Positions 1-9,800 of a DNA stretch of 64,000 nucleotides are shown one piece after another. Positions within the stretch are counted from its first letter, which is position 1; each line of letters opens with the position of its first letter. The DNA is taken from positions 95,294,001 to 95,358,000 of the forward strand of contig OZ320316.1 in NCBI GenBank assembly GCA_976226885.1. The letters run 5' to 3'. The DNA is from Iphione sp. A-MEVVRFRX5. Lineage: Eukaryota. The notes below the pieces were generated by a model. It made no database searches, was not told where the DNA came from, and saw only the letters and a list, made by a program, of their open reading frames with translations. Both the position numbers and the translations under genes were made by a program.

Positions 1-2164
1 TGTTCCTACTCGACATGTCATTGAAGCTCAAATTTACGTCCCTCCCTGAATCATTCATATTCCCGTCATCACGGAAATGCGCCTCGCAGACAGGCGCATA
101 GAGCTTAACGTGGATCACACCATGGAAATTATATAACTCCGTTTCAGTCGTTCCTCTCTCCCCCGCTCCCTTATATTCTCCACCCTCCCACCTTTCGCTC
201 ACTGTCCCCCTCCCTCACCTTGATCCTCCCTTGGTCTCCCTTTCCTTCCTGCCCCCCTTTTACCTGCCATTTATTCACCTCTTTACTAACCCTCCATACC
301 AGTTCAATTCTCCTCTGCTGCTCTCCCTTCACTTTCAACCATCCCCTTCGTTCCTCAAGCACTCGTCTCATGCGCTGCTCCCCTTGACTCCCTTCTGATC
401 TTCACATTTCCTTAGATACTTGACGCACCATTTTTTTCACATGAGGCGTCAAGGTACTTCACCATTTTAGCGGGCGGAGTACTCTTCAAGATCCATCTCT
501 GGATTTTCTGCTATTTGCCACCGTAAAATGGTTACTGCAGACGACGTTCCCTATTTCCACCTGAATATGATGGATGGTCTTCAGTACCATTTACACGCTT
601 GCACAGAGCCGTTTCCAATATACTCTGTATATGTTTTTTTGGAGCAGCCTCCCTGAAACACTAATCAATCTTTAAAAATTCAAATAGTATAAAATGGCTA
701 AGGTGGCATCGTTTATTAATTTGTTGTCTTTATATTCGTAATCATGCTTTGCAACGCAAATGTCGACTGACCGCAGAAGACATCTCTCTTCGTCCGATGC
801 ATTGTCTATAATCTTCCAATAGATTAAGTTTGCGAGGCTTACGAACTGTGTAATAAAACGTTTTAACCAGTGCTAGCGAATCTCCATTCCTACTTATCTG
901 TTATCACTTTAATAAACCACTACTATTATAATATCGGTAGTTCGAGCCTCTTTCTTGTTGCCATTCACCTCGTTTCATGATTTGCAATCCGCTTAAATAT
1001 CGTCTTTTTACCGCAGACGACATTGGACATTTTCCCTCCATACATCAAATCGAAGCTACTCATTCATACTTCAATCCAAGCATCCCTGATCCCATCCATA
1101 CCACAACCCATTAGTAAAGGGATAGTCCTCGGGGACGGACTGGAGTGAAGGGCACATGACCTGGGGTCAAGGCCATTTCAGGTGGTAAACGCTCTATGTA
1201 AACGGCAGTCACCTGACCGGAAGCGCATATCCCATGACTAACATGGCGTCTTGGGCTTCGCCATGGCTCGCGGTGTTATTGCGGCGGGCGATATTGGGAG
1301 AGTTCTAATATTGGCTTGAACCTTTCCTGACCTCCACCAATTCGTTCTGGTCACGTCCTATTTTCCATAAACAAGAAATACTGCGATGCTGTACGGTATG
1401 ACACATGGGATTTCATCTTCATTGCATCTCTTGTTCAACCATGTAGGATATTCTATGACATTTGAAACTGCCATTCTTGACAAGATCACGTCTAGTTTGA
1501 TATAACTTGTCTTTCTACTTCCATTGTCTTGATATTGTTGTAGATTCTTCCCTTTACGACTTGTTTCCCATATGAAATTGAGTACTATCCCCTATATAAC
1601 GTCTTTTCAAATATTAAAGTCAAATATCCGGTATATCTGCAGCCAGCTTTGATACTTTGCCTTAAAAGTTTCCACACGCATTTATATAAATCTACCAATG
1701 AATTGCTTCCTTCGACAGACAATATCTACTGGATTTAGATTTAGGAAAGGACTTGTAGTTTCGGTTAATACATGATTAAACAAGAAGACTTAAGAAAGTG
1801 CATGCCAAACAAAGTCACTGCACAACTATTTATTCTCTTTTTACACGGTGTTTCCTTTGAAGAACAACTAGCATTTGTGATTTAATAAACAATAGGATTG
1901 ATATCCTTTACAACAATGCTTACCCACCTTATCTATAAATACTCTATTGCTCTATTTGTATTCTACGTTATTACAATGACAGCGAATTATATAAAAACCT
2001 TAGTAGCATTGTAGATTCATGGTCCTCGATTGGTATGTATGCTCTCTTTGCCATGTTATAACTATGTACAAGATAGTTGCTCGTCGGGCTGCATGTTCCT
2101 TGCTGATCTATTAGCTTGATGACTGTATTTAGTATATTCGGACATTTAAACTGTTTCAATATAC

Positions 2165-2379
2165 TGTTGTGCGGAGCAGTAATATACTCCGCACCGAGTT
2201 ACTCAGCACGCTGAGCATGTATGTAAGTTACTCCTCACGTTGGCTCCGCACGATATGACTGTATGTATAAAAGCAAGTGCGTGCGGAGTTTAGTTCAGTT
2301 GCGTTCTTACCTCTCAGCAATAAACATCTAAACCTTACTTGGGAGTCTGCCTCCAGTATGTTAAGGTCTGGCCGTAACA
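2165..2379 (+). repeat. 5' LTR (215 bp)
   Basis: Starts TGTTGTGCGGAG, ends GGCCGTAACA; no difference from 10560-10774 found by eye; contains TATAAAA (2266-2272), TCAGTT (2295-2300) and AATAAA (2319-2324). Confidence 0.98.
2264..2300 (+). promoter_or_regulatory. LTR core promoter (TATA + Inr)
   Basis: TGTATAAAA at 2264-2272 and Inr-like TCAGTT at 2295-2300; the Inr A (2297) is 31 nt after the first T of TATA, a canonical spacing; GTGCGGAG lies between them (2281-2288). Confidence 0.75.
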
Positions 2380-2380
2380 T

Positions 2381-2398
2381 TGGTGGCAGCGGTGGGAT
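2381..2398 (+). other. Primer-binding site, tRNA-Leu (AAG/TAG type)
   Basis: TGGTGGCAGCGGTGGGAT, 1 nt after the 5' LTR, is complementary to the metazoan tRNA-Leu 3' end ...ATCCCACCGCTGCCACCA. Confidence 0.92.
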
Positions 2399-3851
2399 GG
2401 ATTCCCCCCTCGCAGACGAAGAACATCGTGGTGCGGAGCTCGGAGCGTGCGGAGGCGTGCGGAGTAGCTCGGCGTGCGGAGCAGCTCAGCGTGCGGAGCA
2501 GGACGAAGGGTCGACTCAGCGTGCGGAGTCCGCTGAGGCCGACGCTGAGCACCCCTGCGCTGAGCCCGCCGAGGCATGGCATGCGGAGCACGCCATGCGG
2601 ACAGGGCACACGGACACCCAGTTGCCCACGGCGGAGCTGCGCACCCCTAGCCTCATTAGCGGGTTCCTGCATGTCGGCGGAGCGGGCGCGGAAGCACAGT
2701 CGCCCGTCGCCACAGCGCGGGTTGCAGTTATCGAAGAACCTGCTAGGGGCCGGGGCCGCACTGGGAAGCGAGGAGGGGCCATCTCACCCATGGCGATGGG
2801 GGCCGGCGAAGGAGGGGTGGCCAAGGGTACGCCAGTTACCCGTGGGGCCCCTCGGACCCCGTCGCAACGGCCAGAATGGAGGAGCGGAAGGACGCAACTC
2901 GAAGAGGACGACTCATCCGACGGAAGCGCAGAGGAGCAGTCGGAGGATGAACTGTCCACGGATGAAGAAGATCGGGAACCGACCTTGGACGGAGAACGAG
3001 GACCGGTGGAGGAACTCGTCGGGGCGTTACGCCAAGCCCTGCAGCCACGGGAGACGCGCCGGCGGGTGCCAGTCAAGCCGGATGTATACGATGGGTCGAC
3101 CCCACTTTCGGATTTCCTGCACCATTATGAGCTGGTCTCTGAGGCCAACAGCTGGACGGGGAGAGAGAAGGCGCTACAGCTGGGGGTGAGCCTCAGGAAG
3201 GCCGCAAGGACCACCCTACGGAATGCTCAAGTGGACATGGAACAGCCCGACGCGTATGAGAGGATCGTGCAGGCTCTGACCGATAGGTTTCAGCCAGCAG
3301 ATCAAGTCGACGCCTACATACAACAACTCAAGTACCGGAGGCAGAAGAAAGAAGAAGGATTGGGGGAGCTGGCTGACGATATCGAGCGGCTGGTGCGCCT
3401 CGCCTATCCGGAGGCCACCGGGCAATGGAAGGATAGGATGTGCAGGGAGTATTTCTTAGGCTCCCTTTCGAATGAGAAAGAACGGAAGTGGGTCACCCAG
3501 GCGAGAGTTTCGACATTCCGGAAGACCGTGTCCGAGGCTCAGCTCGCGGAATCCTACTACAGTAGCAAGAGGGCACGCAACCCGATGAAGGTGCACAAGG
3601 TGGAACAAGTGGAAGACCCCAGCCCGTCGGCCAGGAAGGAGGAGGCCCCTCACTGGCAGCGAATTGAGGAGCTGCTGTCGGCCCTGTTGAAGAAGCAGGA
3701 AGGATCCGGGACTTCATCGCGTTCCCCTTCTGGGAAGAAGGGATGTTACTTCTGCGGCGACCTGACGCATTTCAAGCGGGACTGCCCCAAGTTTGCCGCT
3801 GCGAGACCTGACCAGTCGGGAAACGAAGTGGCGGCCGCTCCCCGGAGGTAG
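2397..3851 (+). CDS. gag: Gag polyprotein with one CCHC zinc knuckle
   Basis: ATG in strong context (gggATGg) at 2397, with an in-frame weak ATG at 2358 in U5; capsid-like start PDVYDGSTPLSDFLHHYELVSEANSW; knuckle CYFCGDLTHFKRDC; stop TAG 3849-3851. Confidence 0.93.
   Translation: MDSPLADEEHRGAELGACGGVRSSSACGAAQRAEQDEGSTQRAESAEADAEHPCAEPAEAWHAEHAMRTGHTDTQLPTAELRTPSLISGFLHVGGAGAEAQSPVATARVAVIEEPARGRGRTGKRGGAISPMAMGAGEGGVAKGTPVTRGAPRTPSQRPEWRSGRTQLEEDDSSDGSAEEQSEDELSTDEEDREPTLDGERGPVEELVGALRQALQPRETRRRVPVKPDVYDGSTPLSDFLHHYELVSEANSWTGREKALQLGVSLRKAARTTLRNAQVDMEQPDAYERIVQALTDRFQPADQVDAYIQQLKYRRQKKEEGLGELADDIERLVRLAYPEATGQWKDRMCREYFLGSLSNEKERKWVTQARVSTFRKTVSEAQLAESYYSSKRARNPMKVHKVEQVEDPSPSARKEEAPHWQRIEELLSALLKKQEGSGTSSRSPSGKKGCYFCGDLTHFKRDCPKFAAARPDQSGNEVAAAPRR
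2431..2682 (+). repeat. (GT)GCGGAG motif array in the gag 5' region
   Basis: GCGGAG at 2433, 2449, 2459, 2476, 2493, 2523, 2583, 2631, 2677 (six as GTGCGGAG), falling in different codon phases. Confidence 0.9.
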
Positions 3852-3864
3852 GGCGAGCGGCCGC
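3818..3864 (+). promoter_or_regulatory. -1 programmed ribosomal frameshift signal (gag-pol)
   Basis: Slippery heptamer G_GGA_AAC (3818-3824) in the gag frame, 6-nt spacer, then perfect 10-bp stem GCGGCCGCTC (3831-3840) / GAGCGGCCGC (3855-3864); the -1 frame is open from the slip site into pol. Confidence 0.88.
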
Positions 3865-6800
3865 GACTCATGCGGACGCAGCCTCGGGCGAGTTGGAAGA
3901 CCACCTGCGGAAGATCGACATCTTGGACGGGAACTGGCAAGAGGTGGTCTTGGAAGGCGATCCCGAGCGGCTTAAACGCGGAATAGTGATTCCGAGTAGG
4001 GTGAGCGGGGTGGAGGCGCAGTGGCTCGTCGACACTGGGGCCTCGCTTACACTCCTTAGTGAGGAGATTGCCCAAGCCGCCGGGATGCAGACGCTGAGCC
4101 CGGTGGAGGGCCGAGTCTTGTGTGCAGATGGAAGCCCGCTTCGAGTGCAAGGCAAGGTGGAGATTCAGGTTGACTTTGGGTCAGTGGAGTTGGAGGTGCA
4201 AGCGCTGGTGGCCAACATAGACTGTGATGCCATTCTCGGTCTCGATATGTTACGACGTTGGTACGCCACCTTGGACATGCGAAATCCCGGTTTGCGGATT
4301 TGGCTACCCCGGACTTCGGCGTGGGAGGAGTGGAAGGTGTGCTTGGTGCAGGACGGAACGGTCAAGGCCAGGAGTGTGGAGAGCGCGGAAGCTGTGATTT
4401 GCGGCGCTGGCAGGATGGACGCGGATATCCTAGTGGAGGGAACCGAAGAGTTCGAGGCTCGGACGGGACTTCGGGTGGCTAGGGCGTTGTGGCCAGCAGG
4501 AGCAAGGAAGGGCACAGTGCAGCTGTTCAACCCTGGAGGGACCGAGCTCCCAGTGCGACAGGGAGCTGTGATCGGAAGGGCGGCAGGGGCGCAGGAAGTG
4601 CAGCCAGGGCCGGGGCCCCGAGGATCGGCACCACGAGTGGCACCACCGGAGCTGATGGACGGACTGCCGGAATCGCTCACTCCAGAGGAACGACAGATGG
4701 TGGAGGGAATGCTCCAAGCCAACGCGGAAGTCTTCCAGAAGGAGGGGGAGCCACTAGGGAGCACGGACTGGCTTTACCATCGCATCGATACACAAGGTCA
4801 CCCACCGATCCGACAGCGGGTGCGGCGGTTGCCCCCGGAGAAGAGGAAGATAGTTCAGGCGGAGGTTGAGAGTATGGTCAAGAAGGGAGTCCTTGAGCCG
4901 TCGACCAGCCCGTGGGCCTCGCCTGTCGTCTTGGTCAAAAAGAAGGACGGGACCTGGCGATTTTGCATTGACTACAGGAGTCTGAATAGGGTAACCAAGA
5001 AGGATGCATACCCACTACCTAGGATCGACGACACGCTGGACGCATTAGAAGGCGCGACCTACTTCTCAGCGATCGACCTGGCTGCCGGGTACTGGCAAGT
5101 ACAACTTGAACCCCAGGACAGGGAGAAGACGGCGGTTTGCACAGCCAGCGGCCTGTACCAGTTTCGGGTGATGCCGTTCGGGCTGTGCAACGCGCCGTCC
5201 ACTTTCGAGCGACTGATGGAAGCCGTACTGCGCGGGTTGGTGGGGCAGACTTGTTTAGTCTACCTCGACGATGTCATCGTCATTGGCCGCACTGTACAGG
5301 AGATGGTGGAGCGCCTGGACCAAGTCTTCGGCCGCCTGACAGCAGCGGGGTTGAAGGTCAAGCCGTCCAAGTGCCAGCTCTTCCGACGGGAGGTGAGCTA
5401 CCTCGGGCACCGGGTCTCCGCTGAAGGAGTGGGACCGGACCCAGCCAAGATCGAGGCCATCCAAGATTGGCCAGCTCCACGCTGTTTAACGGAACTGCGA
5501 AGCTTTGTGGGACTGTGTTCTTACTATCGGAGTTTCGTTCGGGGATTCGCTACCATCACAGCCCCACTCAACGCCCTGCTGGCTAAGGACGCCGAGTACC
5601 GCTGGAGTGAGGACTGCCAGCAGGCCTTCGACGAGCTCAAGCAGAGTCTCACCTCTGCACCAGTCCTGGGCTACCCTAGACCGGAAGGACGGCTTCATCT
5701 AGACACGGATGCCTCGGCCGGAGGGATAGGCGCGGTCCTCTCCCAGGAGCAGGATGGGAAGGAACGGGTGCTGGCCTATGCCAGTCGGACGTTGACTCGC
5801 CCAGAGAAGAACTACTGCGTCACCCGTCGGGAGCTATTGGCGGTCGTCTTTGGGCTTCGCAAGTTCCGGCCGTACCTTGGGGGACAGCATGTGGAGATTC
5901 GCACGGACCACAATTCGCTCAGGTGGTTGTGCAACTTCCGTGAGCCGGAGGGACAACTTGCCCGATGGCTGGAAGAAATCTACACATACGATCTGGATAT
6001 TGTCCACCGCCCGGGAAAACAGCACGGCAATGCGGATGGACTGTCCCGAGTGGAGTGCCCCCAGTGCGGAAGGCGGGAAAGCCCCGGACAAGTGGCGGCG
6101 GTGCGAGGAGCGTCGTCCATGGGCCGGGGGGAGCTCCTGCGGGCACAACAGCAAGAGACGTTGACTAAAGGACTCTTGGAGGCGCTGGAGGAGGGCCGAG
6201 CCGAACCCCCTCCGACCGGACCCGTCACCTGGGAGGAACGACGGCTACTCAGTGAATGGCCCAGACTCTCCGTGAGGGGAGGGCTGCTTCATCGGAGATG
6301 GGAGACGGAAGACGGGAGTCCCCGATTTCAAGTTTACGTGCCCAGGACCCTGCGGCGGTCTTTGTGGCAGGAGGTTCACGCCGGCGCGCTCGGAGGGCAT
6401 CTTGGCAGTCGGAAGACGGAGGGAGCTGTACGGTTGCGTTACTTCTGGCCGGGGCTGACCCGAGACCTGGAGACCTGGGGAAGGGCATGTCCCGAGTGCC
6501 AACAAGTCAAGGACCCGTCCACCAGGAAGAGGGCACCCCTGCAGGGACGAGTAATTCCCGGACCCTGGGAGTTCGTTGCGGTGGATGTGTGCGGACCGTT
6601 CCCCGAGACGCCGCGAGGGAACCGCTACATCATCGTCATCGCTGACCACTTTACCAAGTGGACTGAGGCATTCGCAACCCCTGATGCCACTGCAGAGACC
6701 ACGGCTCGCGTCCTACTCCGAGAAGTCGTCTGCCGTTTCGGACCGCCCCGGACCCTTCACTCAGATCAAGGAAGGAACTTCGAGTCAGCCGTGTTCCGGG

Positions 6801-9800
6801 AACTCCTGTCGCTGCTGGGAATCCAGAAGTCTCGCACTACTCCGTACCACCCTCAGAGTGACGGAGTAGTAGAACGGTTCAATCGTACCCTGGTGAAGAT
6901 GCTAGCGGCCACTGTGGACGAGGACCAGTCGGACTGGGATGAGAGGCTTCCTATGGTGATGGCCGCCTACAGGTCTACCCCCCACCAGGCTACGGGGTAC
7001 ACGCCTAATCTTCTTATGTTGCAGCGAGAGACGACACTCCCCGTAGAACTGCTGTTCGGAGCTCCGGTGGACGCGCCCACACCTCGAGAGGAACTGGTAG
7101 AGACGTGTCGGACGCGGTTGGTGGAGGCTCATGGTCTGGTAAGGAGACGGCTCCAACGGGCGGCCCGCCGTCAGAAGGACTGGTATGATCAAAGGGTGCG
7201 GCCCCAGAGCTACCGAGAGGGAGCACAGGTGTGGTTGTTCTCCCCGGCAAAGACGAAGGGACGATCGCCTAAACTGGAAAAACACTGGTCGGGGCCATGG
7301 ACGGTATTGGCCAGGCTCTCTGAGGTAATCTATCGCCTCAGCCGCGGTAAGAAAAGAAGAGTGGTGCATGCTGACCTGATCAAGCCGATGTTCCCTTCAC
7401 AGGAATCCGTGCAAGTAGAGGGACGAGCCCAGAGCGTGGGTTGGGCCGCGAGGAGAGAGCACGAACCACGGAAAGGAAGTGGCGGCGTCTGGACTCGGTC
7501 AGGGAGCGGCCCCCTGCGGAGCCCGGAAACGCCCTCCGTGCGGAGCACGCCGCAGGCCAATCACCGTCGTGCGGAGTCGCCCCGGAGTCTGTATAAAAAG
7601 GATCGCGTGCGGAGCACGACACTCAGTTCGTCAACTGCAGCCGACCGCGGAGCATCGACCCACGCTGAGCACGCACGTGCGGAGTACGAGCCCTACTCCG
7701 CACCACCTGAGCGCAAGGTACTTAAGGACGAAGTGCGGAGCCCGACGCCCATTCGACTTGCCGCTGCTGACCGGGGAACATCCATCGAGACTACCGTTGA
7801 CGCCGAGCAGGGACGCTGCTCCGCACGTGCGGAGTTAAGACACTACTCCGCACGAGTAGAACACTGGTGTTGCTCCGCACGGACTGAGCTCGCCGACTAC
7901 TCCGCACGGCACGACTCCGCACGGACCCAGCACCGTGACTGCTCCGCACGAACTGGAGGCACCATGGCCGGGTGCAGGTTCCATTGTTCGGAGTGTGACT
8001 ACTCCAGTGACAGGCACGCCAACCTCCTACGCCACCTGGAGGTGCATGGGAACCGGGGATTCGGACGTGTCTGCCCCGCCCCGGAGTGTCATCTCAAAGC
8101 CTTCCGGCGGAGGGATGACTTCCGGCGTCACCTGGAACGGAAGCACTCCGGAGGGGAGGGCCATCCCCTGATGCTGGGGCAGACCGTGGATGTGCAGTAC
8201 CTGGAGTACTCTCAGTCTGCCCCGTTTGTGGCTGTCACGCTGCCGGTACCCGCCGACAAGCAGGAAGAGTTCGAGCGGCTGAAGAAGAAGGAGGAGTATG
8301 AGAGGAGGAAGGAGCTAGCCATCATGAGGGGGGTTGACCCTCCGAGCCCGCCTCGGGGACGACGCCCATCGACCAAGACGCGCCGCCCCAGTGCAGCGGT
8401 GGGGAAGGCCCCTGCTGATGCTCGCCCCCCGGGGGGTGAGGCCGTGACTGGGGGACGGGGAGAGCCGAGGCCCTCAACATCTGGGCAGCCGACAAGCAAG
8501 GATCCTCGGCCGCCCCCGTCTAAACAAGTGACGATCCGAGAGCCAGCCCGGGTAACCACGAGAGAGGCCACCCCAGCGCCTGCGCCACCGCGGCCAGCCG
8601 GACTGCCGCCCAAGGGCCGTCAAGTAGGGGCTCGGCCCACCGCAGCTGAAGCATCTACCCAGCCGAAGGCCCCCCCAGCCGTCCAGCGGCTGGTTACGGC
8701 GGAGACCATTTCCAGTACCGGCTCGCCGACTCCTTCGATGCGTGGAGCCCGCCTGGACGCCGGTACCCCTGGAACGCGGATCCAGCTATGGGGGCTGGAT
8801 CACTCAGCAAACACCACGCCGAGCGACCTGTCCTTGACGCCACAGCTGATCGAGGCGGCCCGACGGAGCGAGATGCGGCAGCGGGAGCGGGCCCGAGGCC
8901 AGGAGGCAGAGCCGCAAGAAGACACCCCGGGGCAGACGAAGCGCCGGCGTTCCGCCTGGGCCTCCCCGCCGGCAGGTTCCCCCCCCACACCGGGGAGGGA
9001 CTGGTCTCCGGCTGAGGGGGGCAAAGACGCTGAGCAGCAGCCACGAGGGAGGAAGAGGACGCCGAGGACCCCGAGGACGATAGCTGCCTCCACTCGGGTC
9101 ACCCGCAGCCAGAGTCGGGCCAGCACTACACCAGGGTCCACCATCACGGATCTCAGCCAGGACGCCAGGGAGGTGGAGAGACGGCTGGGCTTCGCCTGGA
9201 CTCCTGCCCGCCCCACTGAGGTGGTGGTCACTTCCGAGGAGGAAGGAGGGGATGACGGCACGACCGCCGTTGCTGGAGCTCAGGAGGGGCAGAGGGACCC
9301 TCGGGCCTCCACCCCCCTTCCTTCTGCTGGGGCCCAAGCCACCCAAGGGACCCAGCAGGAGGTGCCACCGCCCAGAGGGGCATCTTCGTGCCGTGCTGAG
9401 ACAGGAAGGAAGGTGCCCTCGCCGGTCCAGGAGGAGTGGGTTTACACCGAGGCAGATGAAGCTGGCGACGACGACATGGGGGAGGTCCCAACACTCGAGC
9501 CACCGCAGACCTCCCTGGGCGTCACGGTGTCCACCGTGGACTTTCCGGGGACATCGGAGGATGCCGGCACATCTGGTGGGTCTCAGGCCCCTTCCGCAGG
9601 AGCTGAGGCCGCCCCACCCCCACCTGCTGACGGAGCCCCACAGCGCGAGGAGGCCGAGGAAGCGGTCTCGTCCAGTGGCCACCCAAGTTCAGCGGCTGAC
9701 GAGGAGGAGGAGCACGACGGCGGCCAAGATGAGCGGGGAGACGAGTCTCTACAGCGGCCAACCGAGAATCGTCGCACCACTGTCCGAGGGTCGCCGGTGC

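Noticed and set aside
171-371. 66-aa basic ORF on the minus strand
   Set aside because: Product of a CT-rich low-complexity tract.
2278-2530. GCGTG (AhR/XRE core) within the repeated motif, near a CYP1-like cluster
   Set aside because: The copy next to the LTR TATA lacks the full TNGCGTG consensus, the element is about 19 kb downstream of the nearest CYP, and the GCGGAG core is better explained by the element's own fingers.
7516-7947. Repeat-spacer arrays (also 10207-10432) superficially like CRISPR
   Set aside because: Eukaryotic context, repeats only 6-10 bp, mixed orientation, irregular spacers and no cas genes.
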